Below are positions 18,267 through 29,474 of a stretch of DNA of 30,598 nucleotides, piece after piece (the first letter of the stretch is position 1; every line of letters starts with the position of its first letter). Both the position numbers and the translations under genes were made by a program. The notes under the pieces are model-generated. The model ran no database searches, was not told the DNA's origin, and saw only the letters and a list, made by a program, of their open reading frames with translations. The stretch is from a virus (Duplodnaviria > Heunggongvirae > Uroviricota > Caudoviricetes): the IMG/VR virus record IMGVR_UViG_638341084_000008; one strand, 5' to 3'.

Positions 18267-18965
18267 ATGCAGGATATTCCACAGGAAACACATCATGAGA
18301 CGACACGCCTCACTCAGTCAGCCCAGGTGGTGCTCTGGGAAATCGATCTGACAGAGGTCGGTGGTGAACGTTATTTTTTCTGTAATGAGCAGAACGAAAA
18401 AGGTGAGCCGGTTACCTGGCAGGGGCGGCAGTATCAGGCATACCCTATTCAGGGGACGGGATTTGAACTGAACGGCAAGGGCAGTGCTGCCCGTCCGACA
18501 CTGACGGTTTCTAACCTGCACGGAATGGTCACCGGGATGGCGGAAGACCTGCAGAGTCTGGTCGGCGGAACGGTGGTCAGGCGTAAGGTTTACGCCCGTT
18601 TTCTGGATGCGGTGAACTTCGTCAACGGAAACAGTGACGCCGATCCGGAGCAGGAGGTGATCAGCCGCTGGCGCATCGAGCAGTGCAGCGAACTGAGCGC
18701 GGTGAGTGCCTCTTTTGTACTGTCCACGCCGACGGAAACGGACGGTGCCGTTTTTCCGGGGCGCATCATGCTGGCCAACACCTGCACCTGGACCTATCGC
18801 GGTGACGAGTGCGGTTATCACGGTCCGGCGGTCGCGGATGAATATGATCAGCCGACGTCCGATATCACGAAGGATAAATGCAGCAAATGCCTGAGCGGCT
18901 GTAAGTTTCGCAATAACGCCGGCAACTTTGGCGGCTTCCTTTCCATTAACAAACTTTCGCAGTGA
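18267..18965 (+). CDS. L: Minor tail protein L
   Basis: Near-identical to lambda gpL across its length from memory (VVLWEIDLTEVGGERYFFCNEQNEKGEPVTWQGRQYQ...). Confidence 0.9.
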   Translation: MQDIPQETHHETTRLTQSAQVVLWEIDLTEVGGERYFFCNEQNEKGEPVTWQGRQYQAYPIQGTGFELNGKGSAARPTLTVSNLHGMVTGMAEDLQSLVGGTVVRRKVYARFLDAVNFVNGNSDADPEQEVISRWRIEQCSELSAVSASFVLSTPTETDGAVFPGRIMLANTCTWTYRGDECGYHGPAVADEYDQPTSDITKDKCSKCLSGCKFRNNAGNFGGFLSINKLSQ

Positions 18966-18970
18966 ATCCC

Positions 18971-19714
18971 ATGACAGAGACAGAATCAGCGATTCTGGCG
19001 CACGCCCGGCGATGTGCGCCAGCGGAGTCGTGCGGCTTCGTGGTGAGAACACCGGAGGGGGAAAGATATTTTCCCTGCGTGAATATCTCTGGTGAGCCGG
19101 AGGCGTATTTCCGGATGTCGCCGGAGGACTGGCTGAGTGCAGAAATGCAGGGAGAGATTGTGGCGCTGGTCCACAGCCACCCCGGTGGTCTGCCCTGGCT
19201 GAGTGAGGCCGACCGGCGGCTGCAGGTGCAGAGTGATTTGCCGTGGTGGCTGGTCTGCCGGGGGGCGATTCATAAATTCCGCTGTGTGCCGCATCTCACC
19301 GGGCGGCGCTTTGAGCACGGGGTGACGGACTGTTACACGCTGTTCCGGGACGCTTACCATCTGGCGGGAATTGAGATGCCGGATTTTCATCGCGGGGATG
19401 ACTGGTGGCGTCACGGCCAGAATCTCTATCTGGATAATATGGAGGCAACGGGGTTGTATCAGGTGCCGTTGTCAGCGGCCCAGCCGGGCGATGTGCTGCT
19501 GTGCTGTTTTGGTTCATCGGTGCCGAATCATGCCGCCATTTACTGTGGNGACGGCGAGCTGCTGCACCATATTCCTGAACAACTGAGCAAACGAGAGAGG
19601 TATACCGACAAATGGCAGCGACGCACACACTCCCTCTGGCGTCACCGGGCATGGCACGCATCTGCCTTTACGGGGATTTACAACGATTTGGCCGCCGCAT
19701 CGACCTTCGTGTGA
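18971..19714 (+). CDS. K: Tail assembly protein K
   Basis: MTETESAILAHARRCAPAESCGFVV... and the HSHP motif match lambda gpK. The track start at 18962 is a GTG, so the ATG at 18971 is preferred. Contains one N at 19549. Confidence 0.85.
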   Translation: MTETESAILAHARRCAPAESCGFVVRTPEGERYFPCVNISGEPEAYFRMSPEDWLSAEMQGEIVALVHSHPGGLPWLSEADRRLQVQSDLPWWLVCRGAIHKFRCVPHLTGRRFEHGVTDCYTLFRDAYHLAGIEMPDFHRGDDWWRHGQNLYLDNMEATGLYQVPLSAAQPGDVLLCCFGSSVPNHAAIYCXDGELLHHIPEQLSKRERYTDKWQRRTHSLWRHRAWHASAFTGIYNDLAAASTFV

Positions 19715-20260
19715 AAACGGGGGCTGAAGCCATCCGGGCGCTGGCCACGCAGCTTCCGTCGTTTCGCCAGAAACTGAATGAGGGCTGGTATCAGGTGCGC
19801 ATTGCCGGGCGTGATGCAGGCGAAAATGAATTATCTGCCCGGTCTTAATGAGCCGCTGGAAAATGGTGCCGTGATTCACATCGTGCCGCGTATGGCGGGA
19901 GCTAAAAGTGGCGGTGTGTTTCAGGTGGTGCTGGGGGCGGCGCTGATTGCGGTGGCATGGTGGAACCCTGTGGGCTGGCTGGGTGCTGCGGCTGTATCGG
20001 GCATGTATGCGGCAGGGGCCAGTATGATTCTGGGTGGTGTGGCCCAGATGCTGGCACCGAAAGCCAGGACGCCCACGGCAGCCAGTACAGATAACGGCAA
20101 ACAGAACACCTATTTCTCCTCACTGGATAACATGGTTGCTCAGGGCAATGTTCTGCCTGTTCTGTACGGTGAAATGCGTGTGGGGTCGCGGGTGGTTTCT
20201 CAGGAGATCAGCACGGCAGACGAAGGTGACGGTGGTCAGGTTGTGGTGATTGGTCGCTGA
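19612..20260 (+). CDS. I: Tail assembly protein I, with a frame break near 19800-19830
   Basis: The N-terminal 70 aa (19612..19848) and the C-terminal part (19778..20260) both match lambda gpI but lie in different frames. This is either a real frameshift or a sequence error. Confidence 0.6.
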
Positions 20261-20320
20261 TGCAAAATGTTTTATGTGAAACCGCCTGCGGGCGGTTTTG
20301 TCGTTTATGGAGCATGACGA

Positions 20321-23300
20321 ATGGGTAAAGGCAGCAGTAAGGGGCATACCCCGCGCGAAGCGAAGGACAACCTGAAGTCCACGCAGTTGCTGAGTGTGAT
20401 CGATGCCATCAGCGAAGGGCCGGTTGAAGGTCCGGTGGATGGGTTAAAAAGCGTGCTGCTGAACAGTACGCCGGTGCTGGACAGTGAGGGGAATACCAAT
20501 ATATCCGGCGTCACGGTGGTGTTCCGGGCAGGTGAGCAGGAGCAGACTCCGCCGGAGGGGTTTGAATCCTCCGGTTCCGAGACGGTGCTGGGTACGGAAG
20601 TGAAATATGACACGCCGATCACCCGCACCATCACGTCGGCAAACATCGACCGTCTGCGCTTTACCTTCGGTGTGCAGGCACTGGTGGAAACCACCTCAAA
20701 GGGGGACAGGAATCCATCGGAAGTCCGCCTGCTGGTTCAGATACAGCGTAACGGTGGCTGGGTGACGGAAAAAGACATCACCATTAAGGGCAAAACCACC
20801 TCGCAGTATCTGGCCTCGGTGGTGGTGGATAACCTGCCGCCGCGCCCGTTTAATATCCGGATGCGCAGGATGACGCCGGACAGCACCACAGACCAGTTGC
20901 AGAACAAAACGCTCTGGTCGTCATACACCGAAATCATCGATGTGAAACAGTGCTACCCGAACACGGCACTGGTTGGCGTGCAGGTGGACTCGGAGCAGTT
21001 CGGCAGCCAGCAGGTGAGCCGTAATTATCATCTTCGCGGGCGCATTCTGCAGGTGCCGTCGAACTATAACCCGCAGACGCGGCAATACAGCGGTATCTGG
21101 GACGGAACGTTAAAACCGGCATACAGCAACAACATGGCCTGGTGTCTGTGGGATATGCTGACCCATCCGCGCTACGGCATGGGGAAACGTCTTGGTGCGG
21201 CGGATGTGGATAAATGGGCGCTGTATGTCATCGGCCAGAATTGCGACCAGTCGGTGCCGGACGGCTTTGGCGGCACGGAGCCGCGCATCACCTGTAACGC
21301 TTACCTGACCACACAGCGCAAGGCGTGGGATGTGCTCAGTGATTTCTGCTCGGCGATGCGCTGTATGCCGGTATGGAACGGGCAGACGCTGACGTTCGTG
21401 CAGGACCGACCATCAGATAAGGTGTGGACCTATAACCGCAGTAATGTGGTGATGCCGGATGATGGCGCGCCGTTCCGCTACAGTTTCAGCGCCCTGAAGG
21501 ACCGCCATAATGCCGTTGAGGTGAACTGGACTGACCCGGATAACGGCTGGGAGACGGCGACAGAGCTTGTGGAGGACACGCAGGCCATTGCCCGTTACGG
21601 TCGTAACGTCACGAAGATGGATGCCTTTGGCTGTACCAGCCGGGGGCAGGCACACAGAGCCGGGCTGTGGCTGATTAAAACGGAGCTGCTGGAAACGCAG
21701 ACCGTGGACTTCAGCGTGGGCGCAGAAGGGCTTCGCCATGTACCGGGCGATGTCATTGAAATCTGCGATGATGACTATGCCGGTATCAGCACCGGCGGGC
21801 GCGTGCTGGCGGTGAACAGCCAGACCCGGACGCTGACGCTCGACCGTGAAATCACGCTGCCATCTTCCGGCACCACGCTGATAAGCCTGGTTGACGGAAG
21901 TGGCAATCCGGTCAGCGTGGAGGTTCAGTCCGTCACTGATGGCGTGAAGGTAAAAGTGAGCCGTGTTCCTGACGGCGTTGCCGGATACAGTGTATGGGGG
22001 CTGAAGCTGCCGATGCTGCGCCAGCGCCTGTTCCGCTGCGTGAGTATCCGTGAGAACGACGACGGCACGTATGCCATCACCGCCGTGCAGCATGTACCGG
22101 AAAAAGAGGCCATCGTGGATAACGGGGCGCACTTTGACGGCGACCAGAGCGGCACGGTGAATGGTGTCACGCCGCCAGCGGTGCAGCACCTGACCGCAGA
22201 AGTCACCGCAGACAGTGGGGAATATCAGGTGCTGGCGCGCTGGGACACGCCGAAGGTGGTGAAGGGGGTGAGCTTTATGCTTCGCCTGACCGTGGCAGCG
22301 GATGACGGCAGTGAGCGGCTGGTCAGCACGGCCCGGACGACGGAAACCACATACCGCTTCAGGCAACTGGCGCTGGGGAACTACAGGCTGACAGTCCGGG
22401 CGGTAAATGCGTGGGGGCAGCAGGGCGACCCGGCGTCGGTATCGTTCCGGATTGCCGCACCGGCAGCACCGTCGAGGATTGAGCTGACGCCGGGCTATTT
22501 TCAGATAACCGCCACGCCGCATCTTGCCGTTTATGACCCGACGGTACAGTTTGAGTTCTGGTTCTCGGAAAAACGGATTGCGGATATCAGGCAGGTTGAA
22601 ACCACAGCCCGCTATCTTGGTACGGCGCTGTACTGGATAGCCGCCAGTATCAATATTAAGCCGGGCCATGATTATTATTTTTACGTTCGCAGTGTGAACA
22701 CAGTCGGCAAATCGGCATTCGTGGAGGCTGTCGGTCGGGCGAGCGATGATGCGGAAGGTTACCTGGATTTTTTCAAAGGAGAAATCGGGAAAACACATCT
22801 GGCCCAGGAGCTGTGGACGCAGATTGATAACGGTCAGCTTGCGCCTGACCTGGCTGAAATCAGGACGTCCATTAAGGATGTCAGCAATGAAATCACGCAG
22901 ACCGTCAATAAAAAACTGGAAGACCAGAGTGCGGCAATCCAGCAGATACAGAAAGTTCAGGTTGATACAAATAATAACCTGAACAGCATGTGGGCCGTGA
23001 AACTGCAGCAGATGAAGGACGGACGCCTTTATATTGCGGGTATCGGAGCCGGTATTGGGAATACGCCAGCAGGTATGCAGAGTCAGGTGCTTCTGGCTGC
23101 TGACCGGATTGCGATGATTAATCCTGCGAATGGCAACACAAAGCCGATGTTTGTTGGTCAGGGCGATCAGATATTCATGAACGACGTGTTCCTGAAACGC
23201 CTGACAGCTCCGACCATTACCAGCGGCGGTAATCCTCCGGCATTTTCCCTGACACCGGACGGGCGGCTGACGGCGAAAAATGCCGATATCAGCGGTAACG

Positions 23301-23800
23301 TGAATGCGAACTCCGGGACGCTCAACAACGTCACGATTAACGAGAACTGTCGGGTTCTGGGAAAATTGTCCGCCAACCAGATTGAAGGCGATCTCGTTAA
23401 AACAGTGGGCAAAGCTTTCCCCCGGGACTCCCGTGCACCGGAGCGGTGGCCATCAGGGACCATTACCGTCAGGGTTTATGACGATCAGCCGTTTGACCGG
23501 CAGATTGTTATTCCGGCGGTGGCATTCAGCGGCGCTAAACATGAGAAAGAGCATACTGATATTTACTCCTCATGCCGTCTGATAGTGCGGAAAAACGGTG
23601 CTGAAATTTATAACCGTACCGCGCTGGATAATACGCTGATTTACAGTGGTGTTATTGATATGCCTGCCGGTCACGGTCACATGACGCTGGAGTTTTCGGT
23701 GTCAGCATGGCTGGTGAATAACTGGTATCCCACAGCAAGTATCAGCGATTTGCTGGTTGTGGTGATGAAGAAAGCCACCGCAGGCATCAGTATCAGCTGA
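20321..23800 (+). CDS. J: Tail tip / host specificity protein J
   Basis: 1159 aa, beginning [37 protein letters not shown] as lambda J does, and placed after I. Confidence 0.9.
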   Translation: MGKGSSKGHTPREAKDNLKSTQLLSVIDAISEGPVEGPVDGLKSVLLNSTPVLDSEGNTNISGVTVVFRAGEQEQTPPEGFESSGSETVLGTEVKYDTPITRTITSANIDRLRFTFGVQALVETTSKGDRNPSEVRLLVQIQRNGGWVTEKDITIKGKTTSQYLASVVVDNLPPRPFNIRMRRMTPDSTTDQLQNKTLWSSYTEIIDVKQCYPNTALVGVQVDSEQFGSQQVSRNYHLRGRILQVPSNYNPQTRQYSGIWDGTLKPAYSNNMAWCLWDMLTHPRYGMGKRLGAADVDKWALYVIGQNCDQSVPDGFGGTEPRITCNAYLTTQRKAWDVLSDFCSAMRCMPVWNGQTLTFVQDRPSDKVWTYNRSNVVMPDDGAPFRYSFSALKDRHNAVEVNWTDPDNGWETATELVEDTQAIARYGRNVTKMDAFGCTSRGQAHRAGLWLIKTELLETQTVDFSVGAEGLRHVPGDVIEICDDDYAGISTGGRVLAVNSQTRTLTLDREITLPSSGTTLISLVDGSGNPVSVEVQSVTDGVKVKVSRVPDGVAGYSVWGLKLPMLRQRLFRCVSIRENDDGTYAITAVQHVPEKEAIVDNGAHFDGDQSGTVNGVTPPAVQHLTAEVTADSGEYQVLARWDTPKVVKGVSFMLRLTVAADDGSERLVSTARTTETTYRFRQLALGNYRLTVRAVNAWGQQGDPASVSFRIAAPAAPSRIELTPGYFQITATPHLAVYDPTVQFEFWFSEKRIADIRQVETTARYLGTALYWIAASINIKPGHDYYFYVRSVNTVGKSAFVEAVGRASDDAEGYLDFFKGEIGKTHLAQELWTQIDNGQLAPDLAEIRTSIKDVSNEITQTVNKKLEDQSAAIQQIQKVQVDTNNNLNSMWAVKLQQMKDGRLYIAGIGAGIGNTPAGMQSQVLLAADRIAMINPANGNTKPMFVGQGDQIFMNDVFLKRLTAPTITSGGNPPAFSLTPDGRLTAKNADISGNVNANSGTLNNVTINENCRVLGKLSANQIEGDLVKTVGKAFPRDSRAPERWPSGTITVRVYDDQPFDRQIVIPAVAFSGAKHEKEHTDIYSSCRLIVRKNGAEIYNRTALDNTLIYSGVIDMPAGHGHMTLEFSVSAWLVNNWYPTASISDLLVVVMKKATAGISIS

Positions 23801-23819
23801 ATTTTATAACCCATATACG

Positions 23820-23843
23820 GGCGCCAGAAATGGCGCCTTTTTT
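23820..23843 (+). terminator. Intrinsic terminator after J
   Basis: GGCGCC-AGAAAT-GGCGCC hairpin followed by TTTTTT. Confidence 0.6.
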
Positions 23844-23867
23844 ATTGCAGAAAAGCGAGAGGTAATT

Positions 23868-24467
23868 ATGCGTAAAGTTTGTGCAGCCATTTTGTCCGCA
23901 GCCATCTGTCTGTCCGTATCCGGTGCGCCTGCATGGGCGTCTGAATATCAGTCCACACTGAGCGCGGGGTATCTTCATGCCCGTACGAACGCTCCCGGCA
24001 GCGATAATCTGAACGGGATTAACGTGAAATACCGTTATGAGTTTACGGACGCGCTGGGGCTGATTACGTCCTTCAGTTATGCCAATGCTGAGGATGAGCA
24101 AAAAACGCACTACAGCGATACCCGCTGGCATGAAGATTCCGTGCGTAACCGCTGGTTCAGCGTGATGGCGGGGCCGTCTGTGCGCGTGAATGAATGGTTC
24201 AGCGCGTATGTGATGGCGGGTATGGCTTACAGCCGTGTGTCGACTTTCTCCGGGGATTATCTCCGCGTAACTGACAACAAGGGGAAAACGCACGACGTGC
24301 TGACCGGAAGTGATGACGGTCGCCACAGCAACACGTCTCTGGCGTGGGGAGCTGGCGTGCAGTTTAACCCGACCGAATCCGTGGCCATTGATATTGCTTA
24401 TGAAGGCTCCGGCAGCGGTGACTGGCGTACCAACAGTTTCATCGTTGGTGTCGGTTATAAATTCTGA
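23868..24467 (+). CDS. lom: Lom-family outer membrane protein (Ail/Lom/OmpX beta-barrel)
   Basis: Signal peptide, the INVKYRYEFTD motif, and the C-terminal ...AYEGSGSGDWRTNSFIVGVGYKF match lambda Lom. It occupies the lambda lom position between J and stf. Confidence 0.85.
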   Translation: MRKVCAAILSAAICLSVSGAPAWASEYQSTLSAGYLHARTNAPGSDNLNGINVKYRYEFTDALGLITSFSYANAEDEQKTHYSDTRWHEDSVRNRWFSVMAGPSVRVNEWFSAYVMAGMAYSRVSTFSGDYLRVTDNKGKTHDVLTGSDDGRHSNTSLAWGAGVQFNPTESVAIDIAYEGSGSGDWRTNSFIVGVGYKF

Positions 24468-24493
24468 TTAGCCAGGTAACACAGTGTTATGAC

Positions 24494-24519
24494 AGCCCGC
24501 CGGTTCAGGCGGGCTTTTT
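24494..24519 (+). terminator. Intrinsic terminator after lom
   Basis: GCCCGCC-GGTTCA-GGCGGGC hairpin followed by TTTTTT. Confidence 0.65.
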
Positions 24520-24531
24520 TGTGGGGTGAAT

Positions 24532-27465
24532 ATGGCAGTAAAGATTTCAGGTGTACTGAAAGACGGTGCAGGTAAACCGGTACAGAACTGCACAATCCAG
24601 CTGAAAGCAAAACGTAACAGCACCACGGTGGTGGTGAACACGCTGGCCTCAGAAAATCCGGATGAAGCCGGGCGTTACAGTATGGACGTTGAGTACGGTC
24701 AGTACAGCGTTATTCTGTTGGTGGAAGGATTCCCGCCGTCACATGCCGGGACCATCACCGTGTATGAAGATTCCCGACCCGGTACGCTGAATGATTTTCT
24801 CGGTGCCATGACGGAGGATGATGCCCGTCCGGAGGCACTGCGCCGTTTTGAGCTGATGGTGGAAGAGGTGGCGCGTAACGCGTCCGCGGTGGCACAGAAC
24901 ACGGCAGCCGCGAAGAAGTCAGCCAGCGATGCCGGCACATCAGCCCGTGAGGCGGCAACCCATGCGACTGATGCTGCAGGCTCAGCACGTGCAGCCAGCA
25001 CATCAGCCGGGCAGGCCGCGACGTCGGCTCAGTCAGCGTCTTCCAGCGCAGGAACGGCATCAACAAAGGCTACTGAAGCATCAAAAAGTGCTGCCGCTGC
25101 AGAGTCCTCAAAAAGTGCTGCCGCTGCAGAGTCCTCAAAAAGCGCGGCAGCTACCAGTGCCAGTGCCGCGAAAACGTCAGAAACGAATGCGGCAGCGTCA
25201 CAAAAATCTGCAGCCACTTCTGCATCCGCCGCGACCACAAAGGCGTCAGAAGCTGCCACCTCGGCACGGGATGCGGCGGCCTCAAAAGAGGCAGCGAAAT
25301 CATCAGAAACGAACGCATCATCAAGCGCCAGTAGTGCCGCTTCCTCGGCAACGGCGGCAGGAAATTCCGCGAAGGCGGCAAAGACGTCCGAGACGAACGC
25401 CAGGTCTTCTGAAACGGCAGCGGGACAGAGTGCCTCAGCTGCGGCAGGCTCAAAAACAGCGGCTGCGTCGTCTGCCAGTGCCGCGTCAACAAGTGCCGGG
25501 CAGGCCTCAGCCAGTGCCACCGCCGCCGGAAAATCGGCAGAAAGTGCCGCATCGTCTGCTTCAACAGCCACAACGAAGGCTGGCGAAGCCACTGAACAGG
25601 CCAGCGCAGCAGCGAGGTCTGCTTCCGCTGCGAAGACATCCGAAACGAACGCGAAAGCGTCGGAAACCCGTGCAGAATCCTCAAAAACGGCAGCCGCATC
25701 GTCCGCCAGTTCGGCAGCGTCATCGGCATCATCTGCGTCAGCTTCAAAAGATGAGGCGACCAGACAGGCGTCAGCAGCGAAGGGCAGCGCCACGACAGCA
25801 TCCGCGAAGGCGACAGAGGCAGCTGGCAGTGCGACGGCGGCAGCACAGAGCAAAAGTACGGCGGAATCCGCGGCAACGCGCGCCGAGACAGCGGCAAAAC
25901 GGGCAGAGGATATTGCATCCGCCGTGGCGCTTGAGGATGCAAGTACGACGAAAAAGGGGATAGTACAGCTCAGCAGTGCGACCAACAGCACTTCCGAGTC
26001 ACTGGCGGCAACGCCAAAAGCGGTTAAGGCGGTAATGGGTGAAACGAACAAGAAAGCGCCCTTAAATAGTCCTGCACTGACCGGAACGCCAACAACACCA
26101 ACTGCGCGACAGGGAACGAATAATACCCAAATCGCAAGCACGGCTTATGTTATGGCTGCGATCGCTGCCCTCGTGGACTCGTCGCCTGACGCACTGAATA
26201 CGCTGAACGAGCTGGCTGCGGCGTTGGGCAACGACCCGAATTTTGCGACCACCATGACTAACGCGCTTGCGGGTAAGCAACCGAAAGATGCCACCCTGAC
26301 GGCGCTGGCCGGGCTTGCTACTGCGGCAGACAGGTTTCCGTATTTTACGGGGAATGATGTTGCCAGTCTGGCAACCCTGACAAAAGTTGGGCGGGATATT
26401 CTTGCGAAATCGACCGTTGCCGCCGTTATCGAATACCTCGGTTTACAGGAAACGGTAAACAAGACTGGTAACGTCGTTCAGCGTTCCGGCGATAAAATGA
26501 CCGGAGAACTGAAAATTGGCACGGTGAATGCGCTGCGAATTTTCAATGATGCCTTCGGTCTTATTTTCCGTCGTTCAGAAGATTTTCTTCATTTCATTCC
26601 GACGGCTGAAGGACAAGGCGAAAACGGTGATATCGGCCCATTAAGGCCATTCGCTATAAATCTGAGAACAGGTGCTATATCTGTCAGCCACGGGGCCAAA
26701 ATTGATGGTGGGCTGGCGCTTGGTACAGATAACGCACTGGGCGGTAATTCCATTACTCTCGGAGATAACGACACTGGTATTAAACAGGGCGGCGACGGTG
26801 TCCTTTTATTCTATTCAAATGGACAACTGGCATTTGGGCTTCAACCCGCATCTGCTGATTTTTATAAGCGGGTTGCATATATTCATCAGGGAATAATTCC
26901 TGATGGAAGTGGCGCATTTGCAGACCAGTTGAATAATGCCACCGCGCCTTTTGTTCAGACGCAGTTTGCCTGGAATCCCACTCCTGGTGGTCATTACGTG
27001 CCGATAGTTAAGGGCTTGTCCATTCGCAATGGACAGGGCTATCCCGGCGCGGTCAGCTTTGGGTATTTACTGACAGAACAGTATGGATTTCCGGTTCCAT
27101 GTATTCATATGCGTGGCGATGGCGGTAATAATGCTTTATGGCAGTTTAACCCGAACGATAAATCCTTTATTTCACCGGGTGCTCTTATTGCGGGTGGCGT
27201 CCGTTATAACACCGATGGAAATATATTTGGTGGGTGCTGGGGTTCAAACTTAAATGATTACCTGAATAGTTCTTTTATCAGAAATGTGCGTCTGGGAGGC
27301 AGACGTTCTGACACATTATATCGCGGAGGACTTTGCGAACCAGGTAATGGTCATGTGACAACAGGATTGCAAATTATTGGTGAGGTTGATGGAGATGACT
27401 GGATGGTGTCACGACCACTACAAAAATACATTTCTGGTAACTGGTATAACGTTGAACAGGCATAG
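24532..27465 (+). CDS. stf: Side tail fiber protein (Stf-like); C-terminal part lies inside the invertible segment
   Basis: The N-terminus (MAVKISGVLKDGAGKPVQNCTIQLKAKRNSTTVVVNTLASENPDEAGRYSMDVEYGQYSVIL) matches lambda Stf, followed by a long Ala/Ser/Thr-rich repeat region. The track start at 24526 is a GTG, so the ATG at 24532 is preferred. Confidence 0.85.
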   Translation: MAVKISGVLKDGAGKPVQNCTIQLKAKRNSTTVVVNTLASENPDEAGRYSMDVEYGQYSVILLVEGFPPSHAGTITVYEDSRPGTLNDFLGAMTEDDARPEALRRFELMVEEVARNASAVAQNTAAAKKSASDAGTSAREAATHATDAAGSARAASTSAGQAATSAQSASSSAGTASTKATEASKSAAAAESSKSAAAAESSKSAAATSASAAKTSETNAAASQKSAATSASAATTKASEAATSARDAAASKEAAKSSETNASSSASSAASSATAAGNSAKAAKTSETNARSSETAAGQSASAAAGSKTAAASSASAASTSAGQASASATAAGKSAESAASSASTATTKAGEATEQASAAARSASAAKTSETNAKASETRAESSKTAAASSASSAASSASSASASKDEATRQASAAKGSATTASAKATEAAGSATAAAQSKSTAESAATRAETAAKRAEDIASAVALEDASTTKKGIVQLSSATNSTSESLAATPKAVKAVMGETNKKAPLNSPALTGTPTTPTARQGTNNTQIASTAYVMAAIAALVDSSPDALNTLNELAAALGNDPNFATTMTNALAGKQPKDATLTALAGLATAADRFPYFTGNDVASLATLTKVGRDILAKSTVAAVIEYLGLQETVNKTGNVVQRSGDKMTGELKIGTVNALRIFNDAFGLIFRRSEDFLHFIPTAEGQGENGDIGPLRPFAINLRTGAISVSHGAKIDGGLALGTDNALGGNSITLGDNDTGIKQGGDGVLLFYSNGQLAFGLQPASADFYKRVAYIHQGIIPDGSGAFADQLNNATAPFVQTQFAWNPTPGGHYVPIVKGLSIRNGQGYPGAVSFGYLLTEQYGFPVPCIHMRGDGGNNALWQFNPNDKSFISPGALIAGGVRYNTDGNIFGGCWGSNLNDYLNSSFIRNVRLGGRRSDTLYRGGLCEPGNGHVTTGLQIIGEVDGDDWMVSRPLQKYISGNWYNVEQA
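25081..25134 (+). repeat. Perfect 27-bp tandem repeat (2 copies) within the stf low-complexity region
   Basis: TCAAAAAGTGCTGCCGCTGCAGAGTCC occurs at 25081-25107 and 25108-25134, encoding SKSAAAAES twice. A diverged partial third copy follows. Confidence 0.7.
26426..26451. other. Left crossover site of the invertible tail-fiber segment (gix/pix-like)
   Basis: TTATCGAATACCTCGGTTTACAGGAA. Seventeen of its bases (ACCTCGGTTTACAGGAA) match the reverse complement of the Mu gix site as I recall it. It lies in frame in stf at ...VIEYLGLQET... Confidence 0.7.
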
Positions 27466-27480
27466 CCATCAGGAGAATAT

Positions 27481-28008
27481 ATGCAACATCTGAAAAATAT
27501 TACCGCCGGAAACCCCAAAACCATTGAGCAGTATCAGCTTACGAAAAAAGCTGGCGTTATCTGGCTATATACAGAAGACGGTAAAAACTGGTATGACGAA
27601 TTAAAAAACTTTCAGGATGATACTTTAAAAATAGCTTATGACCAGAAGGGGATTATTCGTTGTATTGAGAAAGACGTATCAACACTTAACCCTGACGGGT
27701 TAAGTGTTGTTGAGTTACCGAATATAACAGCCAACCGTCGCGCCGATATCTCGGGAAACTGGAAGTTTCTGGATGGTAAAGTAGTAAAGCGGGAATATAC
27801 AAAACAGGAACTGCAACAGCAGGCAGAGTTACAAAAAGCCGCTTTGCTTTCCGAAGCGGAGTCTGTGATTCAACCGCTGGAACGTGCTGTCAGACTGAAT
27901 ATGGCAACTGATGAGGAACGCACACGACTGGAATCATGGGAACGCTACAGCGTTATGGTCAGCCGTGTGGATACTGCAAAGCCTGAATGGCCACAGAAAC
28001 CAGAATAA
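27481..28008 (+). CDS. tfa: Tail fiber assembly protein (Tfa, Mu U-like)
   Basis: 175-aa ORF directly after stf, with AGGAGA upstream. It is a paralogue of the inverted gene at 28039..28572 ([23 protein letters not shown]... versus [23 protein letters not shown]...). Confidence 0.8.
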   Translation: MQHLKNITAGNPKTIEQYQLTKKAGVIWLYTEDGKNWYDELKNFQDDTLKIAYDQKGIIRCIEKDVSTLNPDGLSVVELPNITANRRADISGNWKFLDGKVVKREYTKQELQQQAELQKAALLSEAESVIQPLERAVRLNMATDEERTRLESWERYSVMVSRVDTAKPEWPQKPE

Positions 28009-28019
28009 CAACAAATTAA

Positions 28020-28033
28020 GGCCCGTACGGGCC
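28020..28033. terminator. Bidirectional hairpin terminator between the convergent tfa genes
   Basis: GGCCCG-TA-CGGGCC palindrome, with a T-rich tract downstream on the + strand and an A-rich tract upstream (T-rich on the minus strand). Confidence 0.5.
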
Positions 28034-28038
28034 TTTTC

Positions 28039-28572
28039 TTATTCTGGTGGTTCCGGGAATGTTACAGGAAGAACCGAGGTATCAGTTGTCTCAACCTGTT
28101 GCACGTATCGCATCCAGTTCATCAGTTGCTGTCTGTCTGAATCAGTGATAATCCCCAAAGTAAGCTGTGTTTGCCAGAACTGCGTTTTTTCTCTGGCCTG
28201 CTGTAATAATATTTTTTTCTGGTTTTCCGTCTGTAGGCGCAACTCTTCTTCGGTATATACACGTTTAATGACTGCGCCATCTTTAAACATCCATTTACCT
28301 GAGTCGTCAGCACGCCGGTTGGCGGTAATATCAGGAATCTCAACGACGCTATAACCTTCAGGGTTAAGTGTGGAGGCATCTTTGGTTATGGCAACAATAA
28401 TATTATTTTCATCGTAAACAATCTTTATGGTGTCTGGCTGAAAGTTTTTCACTTCCTCATACCAGTTTTTTCCGTCCTCAGAGTAAAGCCAGATAACTCC
28501 GTGTTTCTTTGTTAACTCATACTGTTCCAGTGTTTTAGCATTACCCGCTTTTATGTTCTTTAAGTGCATCAT
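28039..28572 (-). CDS. Tail fiber assembly protein of the alternative, inverted cassette (Tfa', Mu U'-like)
   Basis: 177-aa minus-strand ORF paralogous to Tfa. It lies immediately downstream, on the minus strand, of the inverted fiber C-terminal cassette. Confidence 0.8.
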   Translation of the reverse strand: MMHLKNIKAGNAKTLEQYELTKKHGVIWLYSEDGKNWYEEVKNFQPDTIKIVYDENNIIVAITKDASTLNPEGYSVVEIPDITANRRADDSGKWMFKDGAVIKRVYTEEELRLQTENQKKILLQQAREKTQFWQTQLTLGIITDSDRQQLMNWMRYVQQVETTDTSVLPVTFPEPPE

Positions 28573-29040
28573 ATTAAACGCTCGCTACATTATACCAGGT
28601 GCCATTTATATACTTTTGAACGGGTCTGTAATAAACGCCCGCTATATTATCGGCAGAGTTAGACCCTGTATCCTGAACATTAATACCAGACAATACATGA
28701 CCTGAAGGGCACCGGAAATTCCATGTTTGCCAGTTGTTCACTCCATAATATTGCTGTGAACCAAGTCGAACATCTTTCACATAACGGGAATCAAAGTTAC
28801 CGTAATCCGAGGGGTTAACACGCCCTGTAATATTTATGGTTTTATTACTTTGAATGCTTCCGGAGACAAAGCGCATAACATGGACGTTATTAGCATAAAC
28901 ATCCAGATTACCATCGCCATTTTGTTTAAAGCCCGTGTCATTATCACCCAATACAATCGAATTACCGCCAAGAGCACTGGATGTTCCGATACCCAGTGCA
29001 CCATTCAGTTGACCACCAGATAACGGCAGTGCACCAACAT

Positions 29041-29459
29041 CTCCTGCTGAAGGTTTTCTGGTGGTGGTGTAAAATTCGGACCAGTCGGCTTCAAAACCAT
29101 AACCATCACGGGCTGAACGATAAAAAATACCGCCATTTTTATAATTAATCCGAAACTGAGCTGCAGGACAACTTCCTTCTCCCATATAAAAATGAATAAT
29201 TAACGTTGATGCACCACTAATAGTTGCGTTATAGGCTCCGCTACTCCAGTTCCATCCAACTGCTTTATCATTCGCAACGGTGCTTCCTGTTTTCCCTAAG
29301 GCAAACGCACCAACATCTCCTGCTGAAGGTTTTCTGGTGGTGGTGTAAAATTCGGACCAGTCGGCTTCAAAACCATAACCATCACGGGCTGAACGATAAA
29401 AAATACCGCCATTTTTATAATTAATCCGAAACTGAGCTGCAGGACAACTTCCTTCTCCC
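29041..29459. repeat. Tandem duplication with a 276-bp unit (copy 1 29041-29316; copy 2 is 29317-29459 and resumes after IS1 at 30237-30369)
   Basis: The exact repeats are visible directly: 29041-29183 equals 29317-29459, and 29184-29316 equals 30237-30369. The unit is a multiple of 3, so the duplication is in frame (92 aa). Confidence 0.75.
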
Positions 29460-29474
29460 GGTAATGACTCCAAC

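Noticed and set aside
18318-19052. 244-aa minus-strand ORF antisense to L and K
   Set aside because: It overlaps two strongly supported lambda-like genes entirely and has a low-complexity Arg/Ala-rich composition.
21413-22798. 461-aa minus-strand ORF inside J
   Set aside because: It is antisense to a well-supported J homologue, has an Arg/Pro-rich composition typical of spurious ORFs in GC-rich coding DNA, and has no recognisable family.
24900-25950. CRISPR-like periodicity in the stf repeat region
   Set aside because: The repeats are degenerate, coding, in frame and without unique spacers, so this is a protein low-complexity tract and not a CRISPR array.
24929-26141. Long alternative-frame ORFs (+ strand 344 aa, minus strand 370 aa and 263 aa) across the stf repeat region
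   Set aside because: They arise from the repetitive GC-rich Ala/Ser-coding DNA. The stf frame is supported by lambda Stf similarity at both ends.
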